Positions 1 to 12,815 are shown, numbered from the stretch's first letter. The stretch is DNA of 64,000 nt from a bacterium (GCA_037446635.1 JBBIIG010000001.1:85638-149637); one strand, 5' to 3'. Program-made: numbers and translations. The notes: generated by a model not told the origin, from the letters alone.

Positions 1-178
1 GTTGGCTGAGTTTGCGCATGGCCGCCACCATCAGCGGCCCAAAGGTGAGGTTGGGCACGAAGTGGCCGTCCATCACGTCCAAATGAAACCAATCCGCGCC
101 AGCCGTTTCCGCAATTTTGACTTGTTCGGACAACCTCGAAAAATCCGCTGAAAGAATCGAAGGGGCGAGAATGATCAT
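1..178 (-). CDS. rpe: Ribulose-phosphate 3-epimerase, N-terminal part (runs off the window)
   Basis: Manual translation from ATG 178: [16 protein letters not shown]...[18 protein letters not shown], the Rpe signature. Not in the ORF track. Confidence 0.95.
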   Translation of the reverse strand, partial: MIILAPSILSADFSRLSEQVKIAETAGADWFHLDVMDGHFVPNLTFGPLMVAAMRKLSQ

Positions 179-184
179 TTTGGT

Positions 185-955
185 TTACCGGTTGGGATTG
201 CTGATGGAACTCACCACAATGTCCAAGGTGTCGCCGTAGGCCGTGCTGACGCCGGCCTCTAAAGATTGCTGGATAACCGTGTTGGGCAACAAATCATTGT
301 TCTGGCGATAACTGATCTGCCCGATGATCAAGCCAGATTTTTGAATTTCACGCTTTGCCGTCTCGATGGTTTTTCCCAAAAGCGACGGCACGATGACGTT
401 CGCGACCGGCTCGCCCAAGCTGATGGTTATATCCACGGCGCTGTTATGTTTGACGAACGTTTTCGGCGGCGGCAATTGATCCAAAACCACCTTTGGCAAT
501 TCGTCGATGATATATTTGTAATCGCGTTCGCCTACGCGCAGCCCGACGCTTTTCAGGATTTCTTCCGCGTTGGTTTCGGAGAGTCCGCGCACCTCGGGCA
601 CTTCTACTTCCCGCTCGCCCACGCTGATGGTCAGGTAAACGCGCCGGCCCTTTTTAACCAACCGATTGGGACGGGGATTTTGATCCGCCACGTAACCGAA
701 CGGAAGAGTGGGATCGTGCTTTTCCCCCTGTTTGACCACGGTGAGGCCCTGCATCTCCAAAAGCTCTTTCGCGCTTTCGTAGGGCTGGGCCACCACGTTT
801 GGCACCGCCAGGGCCTCGTCGTGTTTGGTGTACCACGGCATGATTATCTTGTCGAAAACGAGCGTGATCAAAAATAAAATCGCGAGCACGGCGCCCAAAA
901 CGGCGAGGCGACGGCGCGTAAAAATATTTTTCAGCAAAGTTTTAAAGTTCATCAT
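185..955 (-). CDS. Membrane-anchored PASTA-repeat protein
   Basis: N-terminal TM helix, then three VP(N/E/S)V/L..G...A...L...GL repeats with Q.P motifs; sits between rsmB and rpe. Confidence 0.85.
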   Translation of the reverse strand: MMNFKTLLKNIFTRRRLAVLGAVLAILFLITLVFDKIIMPWYTKHDEALAVPNVVAQPYESAKELLEMQGLTVVKQGEKHDPTLPFGYVADQNPRPNRLVKKGRRVYLTISVGEREVEVPEVRGLSETNAEEILKSVGLRVGERDYKYIIDELPKVVLDQLPPPKTFVKHNSAVDITISLGEPVANVIVPSLLGKTIETAKREIQKSGLIIGQISYRQNNDLLPNTVIQQSLEAGVSTAYGDTLDIVVSSISNPNR

Positions 956-959
956 ACCA

Positions 960-2309
960 CTATTTTGTTTTAATCAATTTCACCGCGAAACTGCCGTCCA
1001 TCGCATGTCGCTGCGGCAAGGTTCGGAGAAATCCGTCCTCCGAAAAAAACTCGCTGTCGATGCTGATGTCTTCCTTTTTGATCTGATAATTCTTATGCTC
1101 ATCGAGAAAATGGCGCACCACCACTTCATTTTCTTCCGGCTCGATGGTGCAGGTACAGTAAACCAGCGTCCCCCCGGGTTTGAGTAGGCGATGGGCATTT
1201 TCCAGCAGCGCGCGCTGAAGTTTCTGGATGTTGGGGATATCGGCGAGAGTGCGTTTCCAGCGCAAATCGGAGCGGCGCGCCAAAACCCCTAGACCCGAAC
1301 ACGGGGCGTCCAACAAAATTTTGTCAACGGGTTTGAGGTTGAAATTCGCGCTGTCAGCCACCACCGGCCGAACCGACTTCAAATTAAAACGCGCGACGTT
1401 TTGTTGGAGCAACCGCAGCCGTTTTGGGTTGCGATCCACCGCAATGATTCGAGCGTCGTCTTCCACTAAATGCGCGAGGTAGCAGCTCTTTCCCCCGGGC
1501 GCGGCGCACATATCCAAAATGGTTTCTCCTTTCTGCGGCGAAAGCAACCGGCAGGGAATGGCCGTGCTTTCGTCTTGAATGGCAAACCATCCCTGTTGGA
1601 ACAGCGGCAGCGCACTCACGTCATCGGGCTGGTGCAGAAGGATAAAGTCGTCAAAAAATTTGGAGGGCTCGGCGCGCATTCCAAGCTCTTCAAATTTTTT
1701 TAGAAGAAGCGCGCGCGTAGTTTTAGCGGGATTGATGCGGATGGAAATCAGCGGCCGGCGATTGTTGTATTCGCACAGACGCTCCGTGTCGGCGATTCCG
1801 TACCGCGCAAGCCATCTTTCTATCATCCACTGCGGATGCGAATATTGAATGGCCAGTGCTGCGACGAGATTTTTTTCGCGAGGCGGCGCCGAAAACTTTT
1901 GCGGGTCCCTCAAATAACTCCGCAGCACACCGTTGACTAACTTACCCCACGACTGGCCGCCCGAATGTTTGGCAAGTTCCACCGCCTCGGAGACCGCGGC
2001 GTAGCTTGGAATTTTGTCCAAAAATTTTAGTTGATACAAACTCACTTCCAAAATCGATCTCAGCCGCAGCGGACTCGTTTCGAATCTTCCATGAAATAAT
2101 TCTCCCAAAATCCAGTCGAGTTGGCCGCGCCAACGAACGGTTCCATTCACCAACTCCAGCAGCAGCGATCGATCCCGCTGGCTTAGTTTGGTGCCCGCCA
2201 ATCCGTTTGCCAGCGCTTCATCGGCGTACATGCCGTCGGCAAAAATCTTTTCGAGGATATCGACGGCCAGCTTGCGCACAGAGGTTTTAATCGAACGTGT
2301 CGCCAACAT
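960..2309 (-). CDS. rsmB: 16S rRNA m5C967 methyltransferase (NusB-like N-terminal domain)
   Basis: QDES, DMCAAPGGK, DAPCSGLG and YCTCT motifs; downstream of fmt. Confidence 0.93.
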   Translation of the reverse strand: MLATRSIKTSVRKLAVDILEKIFADGMYADEALANGLAGTKLSQRDRSLLLELVNGTVRWRGQLDWILGELFHGRFETSPLRLRSILEVSLYQLKFLDKIPSYAAVSEAVELAKHSGGQSWGKLVNGVLRSYLRDPQKFSAPPREKNLVAALAIQYSHPQWMIERWLARYGIADTERLCEYNNRRPLISIRINPAKTTRALLLKKFEELGMRAEPSKFFDDFILLHQPDDVSALPLFQQGWFAIQDESTAIPCRLLSPQKGETILDMCAAPGGKSCYLAHLVEDDARIIAVDRNPKRLRLLQQNVARFNLKSVRPVVADSANFNLKPVDKILLDAPCSGLGVLARRSDLRWKRTLADIPNIQKLQRALLENAHRLLKPGGTLVYCTCTIEPEENEVVVRHFLDEHKNYQIKKEDISIDSEFFSEDGFLRTLPQRHAMDGSFAVKLIKTK

Positions 2310-3216
2310 GTAAAGAATGACCCATTAAAAATTCTTTGGCGGTCATCGAGCGCTTACCTTCCATTTGCAATTCGTGGATCGCCAGCCGGCCCGCGCCGCA
2401 CCCAACGACGATTCGCCCGCTTTTTTTCTCCACCTCCAAAACCCGTCCGGGTGGATTGACTGCTTGAGAATCCACTACCGTCGCGCGCAGCAGCTTCATC
2501 ATTTTACCATTTAAAAAAGTAAACGCTCCCGGGCTGGGGCTCAACCCGCGAATGAGATTACGAATTTTTTCCGCAGCGTCGTTCCAGTGAATGCGCATCA
2601 GCTCTTTTGTCAGCTTGGGAGCCTTGGTGATTTCGCCGCTTTGCCGCCGCGGTGTCGCCCTGCCGGATTCAACTTGAGTGATCGTTTCCAATAACAACTC
2701 TGCCCCGACCGCTGCTAATTTATCCTGCAGTTCGCCGGCGGTTTCGTCTTCGGCGATGGGCACATGTTTTTGCAGAAGGAGATCGCCGGCGTCCACCTGT
2801 TCCTGAATGAAAATGGTGGACACCCCGGTTTCGGGTTCGCCGTTGATGATAGCCCAGTTGATGGGCGCAGCGCCGCGATATTTCGGCAAAAGCGAGGCGT
2901 GCAAATTGATCGTCCCTTTGGGCGGAATACGAAACACCGCCGCCGGCAAAATCCGAAAAGCCACGACCACAAACAAGTCCGCGTGAAAATTTTTGATGGC
3001 GTCGATGAATTTGGGATCGTTCAAATCGGCGGGCTGCAAAATCGGGACTCCGATTTTCTCCGCCGCGCGTTTTATCGGCGCGGGCTGGATTCTGAGGCCG
3101 CGGCCCACCGGCTTGTCGGGCGCGGTGACCACGGCAACTAACTCATGAGAACTCCTGTGGATGGCCTCCAAACTTGGCACAGCAAATTGCGGCGTCCCCA
3201 TGAAAATGATTTTCAT
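2287..3216 (-). CDS. fmt: Methionyl-tRNA formyltransferase
   Basis: MKIIFMGTPQFAVPSL start; NLHASLLPKYRGAAPI; downstream of def. Confidence 0.97.
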   Translation of the reverse strand: MKIIFMGTPQFAVPSLEAIHRSSHELVAVVTAPDKPVGRGLRIQPAPIKRAAEKIGVPILQPADLNDPKFIDAIKNFHADLFVVVAFRILPAAVFRIPPKGTINLHASLLPKYRGAAPINWAIINGEPETGVSTIFIQEQVDAGDLLLQKHVPIAEDETAGELQDKLAAVGAELLLETITQVESGRATPRRQSGEITKAPKLTKELMRIHWNDAAEKIRNLIRGLSPSPGAFTFLNGKMMKLLRATVVDSQAVNPPGRVLEVEKKSGRIVVGCGAGRLAIHELQMEGKRSMTAKEFLMGHSLHVGDTFD

Positions 3217-3743
3217 GATTTTTTCGATTCGTGATCCGATTTGCCGTCTGCGATGGCCTTTAATTTCTTCGCCAGCAGTTTCCGGCGTATGGGGCTGATA
3301 CGATCGATGAACAAAACGCCGTTGAGATGATCGATTTCGTGCTGCAGCACCCGCGCCGGCATTTGATTAAAATCCTCAACGTGCTCGACTCCCTCCAGAT
3401 CGCGGTACCTGACTTTGATGGTTTCGGCGCGCGCCACTTCCTCGCGGATATCCGGGATGCTCAGACAGCCTTCTTCAAGAATCGTTGAACCATCTTCCGC
3501 GAGGATTTCCGGATTAATGAATGCCTTCGGGGCCTCGCCTTCGAACATCATTCCCATGTTCACGATGCAGAGCGCGATGGATTCATCAACCTGCGGCGCG
3601 GCCAGCCCGATGCCGTCCGCCGCGAACATGGTATCGATCATGTCGTTCACCAACTCGCGAACGGAATCGTCGATGGTTTCGATGCGGCGAGTTTTCATCC
3701 GCAGGATCGGTTTGCCATATTTGACGATATCACGCACCGCCAT
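3213..3743 (-). CDS. def: Peptide deformylase
   Basis: GIGLAAPQV, EGCLS and QHEIDHLNG motifs. Confidence 0.97.
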   Translation of the reverse strand: MAVRDIVKYGKPILRMKTRRIETIDDSVRELVNDMIDTMFAADGIGLAAPQVDESIALCIVNMGMMFEGEAPKAFINPEILAEDGSTILEEGCLSIPDIREEVARAETIKVRYRDLEGVEHVEDFNQMPARVLQHEIDHLNGVLFIDRISPIRRKLLAKKLKAIADGKSDHESKKS

Positions 3744-4056
3744 CTTCTTTGCCTATTTTTCGCGCAATGGAACCGCGCGCCACTTTGATTTTGACGTTAT
3801 CATCGATTTCCACGATGAACGCCTGCTCCTTTTCCTGAACGCCCATAATGGTGCCGAAGATTCCGCCGGCGGTTACCACTTTGTCGCCTTTTTTCAATTC
3901 GGCGATCATCGCCTGATGCTGCTTCTGCCGTTTGGCTTGCGGCCGGAAAATCAGAAAATACATGATGACGAAAATCAAGATCATGGGCAGAAACAGCCCG
4001 AACATGCTACCGCCGCCTTCCGTGCCGCTCTGCAAAAATAGACTTATGTTGTACAC
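3730..4056 (-). CDS. yajC: Preprotein translocase subunit YajC
   Basis: TM helix then RPQAKRQK...LKKGDKVVTAGGIFG; downstream of tgt. Confidence 0.95.
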   Translation of the reverse strand: MYNISLFLQSGTEGGGSMFGLFLPMILIFVIMYFLIFRPQAKRQKQHQAMIAELKKGDKVVTAGGIFGTIMGVQEKEQAFIVEIDDNVKIKVARGSIARKIGKEDGGA

Positions 4057-4071
4057 TCATCCCTCCGTTTT

Positions 4072-6581
<2,510 letters not shown>

Positions 6582-6605
6582 CGCGACCTCGAAAAAAACC
6601 GCTCG

Positions 6606-6634
6606 AAAATATCAATTAATAAACTAAAAGTCAA
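6606..6634 (-). promoter_or_regulatory. Putative sigma-70 promoter for the radA...rpe operon
   Basis: Minus strand TTGACT-N17-TATTTT about 25 bp upstream of the radA GTG. Confidence 0.6.
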
Positions 6635-6643
6635 GAATTATCA

Positions 6644-6672
6644 TTGACAGTCTTCCAATGTTTTCATAGATT
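6644..6672 (+). promoter_or_regulatory. Putative sigma-70 promoter for the divergent lipoprotein gene
   Basis: TTGACA-N17-TAGATT, 11 bp upstream of ATG 6684. Confidence 0.65.
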
Positions 6673-6683
6673 TAGGGCAAAAA

Positions 6684-7052
6684 ATGATCGCTTTGCCTAG
6701 AAAAAATTTGCAAGCAACTCGTTGGGCAGTACTTGTCATGTTATTAGCAGCAAGCGCCTGCGGCAAAAATGACGTGGGTACCCCCTTAGAGCATGAGCAA
6801 GTTGTAAAAATTTATTTAGAATTGCTCACGTATCCCCTCAATCACTCGTCGCCCGATTCATCGCATACTCTTGAAAGCGTCTTAAAAGCGAATGGCCTTA
6901 CCAAAGAAAAGTTTGAGCGGCGCATTGCCAGCTATGAGGATGATCCAGAAGCCTGGTTTCGAGTTGTCAATGAAGTGCTGCAGCGCTTGGAGGAAATGGA
7001 ACAAACCAACGCCGCCGGTGATCTTCCCCAATACCCGCCACAAAAAAAATAA
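6684..7052 (+). CDS. Putative lipoprotein (possibly DUF4296-like)
   Basis: Signal peptide ending LAASA-C; helical domain (GLTKEKFERRIASY). Confidence 0.65.
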   Translation: MIALPRKNLQATRWAVLVMLLAASACGKNDVGTPLEHEQVVKIYLELLTYPLNHSSPDSSHTLESVLKANGLTKEKFERRIASYEDDPEAWFRVVNEVLQRLEEMEQTNAAGDLPQYPPQKK

Positions 7053-7167
7053 GCCTGTTTCACGGCAGTACACTGTTTCAGCGCCCGCCACGACTTTTAA
7101 CAAATTCTTACAAAATCGAGCGAAATGCTTATTTTAAAAACAAACACTTAACTTAGTGATAAGTGCA

Positions 7168-7183
7168 TGGCACCTTGTTTGCT
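7168..7183 (+). promoter_or_regulatory. Sigma-54 (RpoN) -24/-12 promoter
   Basis: TGGCAC-CTTGT-TTGCT matches TGGCAC-N5-TTGCW exactly. IHF-like AAACAA-N4-TTA at 7138-7150 and TGT-N11-ACA at 7056-7072. Confidence 0.75.
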
Positions 7184-7193
7184 GAAAACGGGC

Positions 7194-7343
7194 AGAATAA
7201 GAATGTTGTTAGCAATAGCAGCAAAAAGTATTGGTCTCCGCCCCAACCCTATGGCATAGCATCTTCGAGGAGATCAATCACTCCGGGGGCTGACTCACGC
7301 ACCTCGCACTACACCCTTGAGAGTCAGTCCCCTTTCCTTTCTT
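7194..7343 (+). ncRNA. Candidate sigma-54-dependent small RNA (~150 nt)
   Basis: Lies between the sigma-54 promoter and a plus-strand terminator; only an 18-codon ORF without a clear SD. Confidence 0.5.
7285..7343 (+). terminator. Intrinsic terminator-like hairpin with a large loop
   Basis: GGGGGCTGACTC (7285-7296) pairs with GAGTCAGTCCCC (7321-7332): 12 bp with one G-U on the plus strand, followed by TTTCCTTTCTT. Confidence 0.65.
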
Positions 7344-7346
7344 ATC

Positions 7347-8717
7347 TCAACTCGATAACAAAAAATTTATTGCTTCGTCGCGCGCCAGCCGTTTCTGCTC
7401 ACCCGTGCTCATGGTTTTGAGGGTCACTTTTTGTTCGGCGAGTTCATCCGGTCCAATGATCGCCACATACGGGATGCGTTTTTTGTCGGCGAAAGTAAAT
7501 TGTTTTTTAAGTTTACTCAGCTCAAAAAAATGCTCGGCATTGATTCCAGCGGCGCGCAGTTCTTGAGTAAAATTAAGACTGGCAGCGATAGTAGCCTCAT
7601 CGAAGAGCGTCACCAAAACCTGGGTTTTGGTTGGCGATTCCGGGAACATCTTCAGCTCCGTCATCACGTCGATGATGCGTTCAATTCCAAACGCCACGCC
7701 GGTGGCCGGAATATCCCGGCCGAGAAACATGCCAATCAAGCGGTCGTAGCGGCCGCCGCCGCTGAGGCTTCCCATTTTCGGCTCGTCGATTACCGACTCG
7801 TGAATGGGGCCGGTGTAATAACCCAGGCCGCGCGCCAAAAATAGATCAACGCGAACGGCGTCGCGGCGCACGCCCAAAGCGTCAAGGTTTTGCAGAATCT
7901 GTTTTAGTTCGTCTGCGCCGGCGCGTAATTCTTCGTTGGCGTCGAAGAACTTGCTCAAATCGGAAAGCACACTCTCGGGGTTTGCGGAGAGTTCGAAAAC
8001 AGAAAAAATCTTGTTAATCTCAGAAGCGGACAACCCGCGAGCCCGCAATTCGCTTTTGACGCCCTCGAGTCCGGCTTTCTCCAATTTGTCGATGGCGACC
8101 AGCGCCGCGTTCCACTTCTCCGGGGCGACGCCGCCGAATTTCAAAATGCCGTTCAAAATTTTTCGATGATTGAGCCGGATCGAAAAATTCTTAAAACCCA
8201 ATTGCGATAAAACCTCAAACACAATGGCGATGATTTCCGCGTCCGCCAGCATCGACGCCGTGCCCACTGCGTCCACGTCGCACTGGTAGAATTCGCGGTA
8301 GCGGCCGCGCTGCGGGCGATCGGCCCGCCACACCGGCTGAATCTGATAGCGCTTAAACGGCAGAACAATCTCATTTTCGTGCATCGCCACCACGCGGCTC
8401 AGCGGCACCGTGAGATCGTAGCGCAGCGCTTCCTCCACCAAATCGTGGTAGCTTGAAACCGTGAACTCGCTTTCCCCTCTCAGCAAATCTTCGAGGCCGG
8501 AGCCGCGCTTTAACACTTTGAAAATGAGCTGCTCGCCTTCTTCGCCGTATTTCCCGGAAAGGACGTCCAACTTTTCGATGGCGGGCGTCTCCAAGGGCTG
8601 GTAGCCAAGGCGCTCGAAAACCGCACGCACCTTTTCCATCACAAACTGCCGGCGAGCCATTTGTTCCGGCAAAAAATCGCGCGTGCCTTTTGGCAAGCTC
8701 GGTTTGATTAGTCCCAT
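7347..8717 (-). CDS. hisS: Histidine--tRNA ligase
   Basis: KGTRDF, LRYDLTVP, RGRYREFYQCD, ARGLGYYTG, GGGRYD and an anticodon-binding domain. Confidence 0.97.
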   Translation of the reverse strand: MGLIKPSLPKGTRDFLPEQMARRQFVMEKVRAVFERLGYQPLETPAIEKLDVLSGKYGEEGEQLIFKVLKRGSGLEDLLRGESEFTVSSYHDLVEEALRYDLTVPLSRVVAMHENEIVLPFKRYQIQPVWRADRPQRGRYREFYQCDVDAVGTASMLADAEIIAIVFEVLSQLGFKNFSIRLNHRKILNGILKFGGVAPEKWNAALVAIDKLEKAGLEGVKSELRARGLSASEINKIFSVFELSANPESVLSDLSKFFDANEELRAGADELKQILQNLDALGVRRDAVRVDLFLARGLGYYTGPIHESVIDEPKMGSLSGGGRYDRLIGMFLGRDIPATGVAFGIERIIDVMTELKMFPESPTKTQVLVTLFDEATIAASLNFTQELRAAGINAEHFFELSKLKKQFTFADKKRIPYVAIIGPDELAEQKVTLKTMSTGEQKRLARDEAINFLLSS

Positions 8718-8732
8718 TTTACTTGACTAAAA

Positions 8733-10502
8733 TTAAAGTGAAAGTTCGATGTCGTGCAGCGGGGTTAGAATGTCTCCCCTCGCAACTAAATCAGACATCA
8801 ACTGAATTTTAGAATGAAGATACTCGTCATCTTTCATCAAAGCAAACGGCGTCGTTCCCGAAGGCGTCGTATAATTTTTGAGAAAACGAAAAACCGCGCC
8901 GGCGCCGCGCCCCAACGGAAAAACTTCAAAGGAGGTGCTGGCCTCCGCGGCGCTCAGGTGCAGCGCCTGCACCGCACACAAAAATTCGATAGCCAGCAAA
9001 TTCCGCACGTTTTGGCAAACTTTGAGCGCTTTGCGCGCCGCCGTCCATCCCATGCTGACGTGATCTTCCTGATTGTCGGACGTCGGGATGCTGTCCACGC
9101 TGGCGGGATGCGCAAGGATTTTGTTCTCCGCGACTAATTGCGCCGCGGTGTACTGCAGCAGCATGTAGCCGGAATTCAGTCCGGCTTTGCCGCCGGTTAA
9201 ATTGCGCGGTAGGCCGTAACTCATCGCCGGACTGAGCAGCCGAAACACCCGGCGTTCGGAGATGCTGCCGATTTCCGCTGCGGCGATGGCCCAAAAATCC
9301 ATCGCCAGGGCCAGCGGCTCGCCGTGAAAATTGCCGCCGCTTTTGGATTCATACCCTGAACCGTTCGCCGTTGGGAAAATCACCGGGTTGTCCGTCACCG
9401 CGGTGATTTCCCGCTCGACGATGTTTTTCACAAAGGCAATCGCATCTTTGCACGCGCCGTGCACCTGCGGCACGCAGCGCAGGGAGTAGGCGTCCTGCAC
9501 GCGATTTTTTTCAAACTCATAATCGAATTTATATTTTTTTATGGCCTCAGCCAATTCAGAATTCTGCACGCGCTGCGCGATCTGCTTTTTGGTGATGAAA
9601 TTAAAATAAGCCAGGCGCGCTGCCGGGGTCATGCGTTGGCTGTCCTGAATTAAAGAGCGAATGTTGCGCGCGGTGGTGATTTGTCCGGCCTGCCGGCGCA
9701 AGTCGTGCAGCTCCGCCGCGAAGGCGTCCTTCTCCCCCATCATCGCTTCAAGACTCAGCGCCGCGGCGACGTCCGCGGTTTTCAGCAGAATCTCGACGTC
9801 GTGCACCAACCGCACCGCGATGGCAAGCATGAACGCGGTGGCGTTCGTCAGCGAGACCGACTCTTTCGCCTGCAGGCGTATTGGCCGGAAGATGACCTCG
9901 TCGCCATCGTGAACAAAATGGAGATCGCCGGACTCATCTTTCAAATCCTGCAGCCGCTTTCTCTCATTGCCCACCCAAATCTCCGCCTCGTCTTCTCCCA
10001 CCAGCACTGCGGCCACGTGCGTCAACTGCGCCAGGTCGCCGCTGGCGCCCAACGAACCCTGTTGCGGCACCACCGGGTGAATTCGTTTGTTTAGCATCTC
10101 AATCAGCTTGTCAATCACCAACGGGCGGACGCCGGAGTAGCCTTTGGAAAGCGCGTTCGCCTGCAGCAAGATGGCGCCGCGAACGATTTCAACCTCCAGC
10201 GGCTCGCCGACCCCCACGCAGTGGGATTTGACATAGAGTTCTTGAAATCGTTCAATTTGTTCGGCACCGATTCTGACGTTTTTCAAAACGCCCACGCCGG
10301 TGTTGAACCCATAGCGCGGCGGCGCGTTCTCGCTCAGCCAATTTTCCTCAACGAATTTCCGGACGGCTTCGACTTTCTTTCGTCTCGCACCCTCGAAGGG
10401 CGCGACTCGCGCAAAATGGCGCGCCACCGCGATAATTTTCTCGAGGGTTAATTCGCCCTCGTTGATTGAAATGTCAAACTTTGGGGCATGACCCGGTTGC
10501 AT
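8733..10502 (-). CDS. hutH: Histidine ammonia-lyase (MIO enzyme) with insertions
   Basis: YGFNTG, KSHCVGVG (SH specificity pair), GASGDL (MIO), QDAYSLRC, GGNFHG, NQEDHVSM. Start reassigned to ATG 10502, which overlaps the purL stop (TAATG). Confidence 0.88.
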   Translation of the reverse strand: MQPGHAPKFDISINEGELTLEKIIAVARHFARVAPFEGARRKKVEAVRKFVEENWLSENAPPRYGFNTGVGVLKNVRIGAEQIERFQELYVKSHCVGVGEPLEVEIVRGAILLQANALSKGYSGVRPLVIDKLIEMLNKRIHPVVPQQGSLGASGDLAQLTHVAAVLVGEDEAEIWVGNERKRLQDLKDESGDLHFVHDGDEVIFRPIRLQAKESVSLTNATAFMLAIAVRLVHDVEILLKTADVAAALSLEAMMGEKDAFAAELHDLRRQAGQITTARNIRSLIQDSQRMTPAARLAYFNFITKKQIAQRVQNSELAEAIKKYKFDYEFEKNRVQDAYSLRCVPQVHGACKDAIAFVKNIVEREITAVTDNPVIFPTANGSGYESKSGGNFHGEPLALAMDFWAIAAAEIGSISERRVFRLLSPAMSYGLPRNLTGGKAGLNSGYMLLQYTAAQLVAENKILAHPASVDSIPTSDNQEDHVSMGWTAARKALKVCQNVRNLLAIEFLCAVQALHLSAAEASTSFEVFPLGRGAGAVFRFLKNYTTPSGTTPFALMKDDEYLHSKIQLMSDLVARGDILTPLHDIELSL

Positions 10503-12742
10503 TACCTGCTCTCCTGTTTTTGTCCTTCTACTTTGCGACGAATCGCGTGATGATAAAGGTCGAACAAAACCTCCACTCGGCGCCGAATGATTTCGTTTAA
10601 AATCAACTCCTCCCCGCCAACGTTGCCGATGATGGTTAGCGGCGCCGAGTGCTGAGCGCAAATCGCTTTCAAACGATCAATATCCGGCTCTTTTACGGAC
10701 ACGATGATCCGAGATTGATCTTCGCCAAACAAAAGGAAGTCGGGGCGTCCGTTCAAATTCAAATGAATTCTCGCGCCCAATTTTTTCTGCGGATTCAAAA
10801 AGCAGCATTCCGCCAGCGCCGCCGCCAGCCCGCCTTCCGAAACATCGTGTGCGGATTGCACCACTCCCGCGCGAATGGCTGCGAGGCAGGCCAACTGCAA
10901 GCGCTTTTCAAAATCCAAATCGAGCTTCGGACAATCGCCGGCCGCTTTGCCAAACTGAATCTTCAAATATTCGCTGCCGCCGATTTCGCCGCGGTTCTCG
11001 CCGAGCAGGAGAATCACGTCGCCTTCGTTTTTAAACCAGGCGGTCGCTATGTGAGATAAATCTTCGACGATGCCGATCATCCCAATTACCGGCGTTGGAT
11101 AAACGGCGCCGTCCGGATTTTCGTTATAAAAACTCACGTTGCCGCCGGTGACCGGCGTGTCCAAAGCGCGGCACGCCTCCCCGATTCCCGCCACCGCTTC
11201 TTTGAACTGCCAGAAAATTTCCGGCTTGTAGGGATTGCCGAAGTTCAAACAATTGGTGATGGCCACCGGCTTGCCGCCGCTGCACACCACATTGCGCGCC
11301 GATTCGGCCACCGCGATTTGCGCTCCCACTCGCGGATTCAAAAATACGTAGCGGCCGTTGCCATCGGTTTTCATGGCCAGCGCACGGTTCGTGCCTTTGA
11401 TGCGAATCACCGCGGCGTCGGAGCCGGGCAGAACGACAGTGTTGGTCCGCACCATGTGGTCGTACTGCTGAATCACCCACTCTTTGCTGGCAATGGTGGG
11501 CGAGGCGAGCAGGTTTTCCAAAATCGCATTGTAGTCGCTCGGCTCCGGCAGCGATGTCAAATCAAATGAGTACAGTTCGTCGAGATAAGCCGGCTTTCGC
11601 GCCTCGCGATAATAAACCGGCGCGCCGCCGCCCAGCACCAGCGTTTCCGCCGGAATGCTGGCGACTTTTTTTCCGTTGTGAAAAACGTTCAGCAGCGGTG
11701 AGTTCGTCACCTCGCCGATGATCTCCGCATGCAAATCCCACTTTTTGCAGATGGATTTGACTGCTTCTTCTTTACCTTTTTTGGCCACCACCAGCATCCG
11801 TTCCTGCGATTCCGAAAGCATGATCTCGTAAGCGCTCATGCCCTTTTCTCGCAGGGGTACCTGATCCAGATCAATATTCATTCCGCTGCTGCCGCGCGCA
11901 GACATTTCACTGGTGGAACAGGTGATGCCCGCCGCACCCATGTCCTGCACGCCGACAATCAAATCCTGTTTGATTAATTCCAACGTCGCTTCTAACAGCA
12001 GTTTTTCGGTGAAGGGATCGCCCACTTGCACCTGCGGCCGGCGTTCTTCGGAGCCTTCGTCGATTTCTTCGGAGGCGAACGTGGCGCCGTGAATGCCATC
12101 GCGGCCGGTGGACGCGCCAATGACCATCACCGCATTCCCTGCACCTTTAGCGATTGCCTTGGCGATGCGCTCGTGCTTGACGATCCCCACCGCCATGCAG
12201 TTCACCAGCGGGTTGCCGGTATAGCATTCTTCAAAATAGATTTCGCCGGCCACAGTGGGCACGCCGAAGCAGTTGCCGTAATCGCCGATGCCGCGCACCA
12301 CGCCGTCGAACAGGTAGCGCACCCGCGGATCATCGAGGGGGCCGAAGCGCAGGGAATTGAGCGCGGCAATGGGTCGCGCGCCCATGGTGAAGATGTCGCG
12401 CAGAATTCCACCCACGCCAGTGGCTGCTCCCTGGTACGGCTCAACCGCAGAGGGATGATTGTGGCTTTCGATTTTGAACGCCACCGCGAGGCCATCGCCG
12501 ATGTCAATCAGGCCGGCATTTTCTTCACCGGCTTTCACCAGCAGATGTTTGCCATCGCGCGGCAGTGTCTTTAAAAGCGCAATCGAGTTTTTGTAGCTGC
12601 AGTGCTCCGACCACATCACCGAAAAAATGCCCAACTCGGTGAACGTGGGGACGCGGCCTAAAATCTCGAGGATTCGCTGATATTCCTCTTCACTTAGGCC
12701 GTGGGATTGCGCCAGCTTCAAATCGACTTGCGGTTCGGTCAT
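10502..12742 (-). CDS. purL: Phosphoribosylformylglycinamidine synthase subunit PurL (small type)
   Basis: [40 protein letters not shown] and GGNVSFYN motifs. Confidence 0.97.
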   Translation of the reverse strand: MTEPQVDLKLAQSHGLSEEEYQRILEILGRVPTFTELGIFSVMWSEHCSYKNSIALLKTLPRDGKHLLVKAGEENAGLIDIGDGLAVAFKIESHNHPSAVEPYQGAATGVGGILRDIFTMGARPIAALNSLRFGPLDDPRVRYLFDGVVRGIGDYGNCFGVPTVAGEIYFEECYTGNPLVNCMAVGIVKHERIAKAIAKGAGNAVMVIGASTGRDGIHGATFASEEIDEGSEERRPQVQVGDPFTEKLLLEATLELIKQDLIVGVQDMGAAGITCSTSEMSARGSSGMNIDLDQVPLREKGMSAYEIMLSESQERMLVVAKKGKEEAVKSICKKWDLHAEIIGEVTNSPLLNVFHNGKKVASIPAETLVLGGGAPVYYREARKPAYLDELYSFDLTSLPEPSDYNAILENLLASPTIASKEWVIQQYDHMVRTNTVVLPGSDAAVIRIKGTNRALAMKTDGNGRYVFLNPRVGAQIAVAESARNVVCSGGKPVAITNCLNFGNPYKPEIFWQFKEAVAGIGEACRALDTPVTGGNVSFYNENPDGAVYPTPVIGMIGIVEDLSHIATAWFKNEGDVILLLGENRGEIGGSEYLKIQFGKAAGDCPKLDLDFEKRLQLACLAAIRAGVVQSAHDVSEGGLAAALAECCFLNPQKKLGARIHLNLNGRPDFLLFGEDQSRIIVSVKEPDIDRLKAICAQHSAPLTIIGNVGGEELILNEIIRRRVEVLFDLYHHAIRRKVEGQKQESR

Positions 12743-12815
12743 CTTAGTTTGCGATTATTGTCATTGCGAGTTAAACAATCGACACATCGTTTTATCAGCA
12801 GCGACACATTTAAAG

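Noticed and set aside
7163..7420. 85-aa plus-strand ORF
   Set aside because: It starts at the sigma-54 promoter, crosses the terminator hairpin and overlaps the hisS end; no motif recognised.
10503..10661. N-terminal extension of the hutH ORF in the track
   Set aside because: It overlaps purL; ATG 10502 is coupled to the purL stop. Similar over-extensions were trimmed for pcrA, aroE, aroK, aroF, trpG, trpD, the anti-sigma and the REC-PAS-GAF gene.
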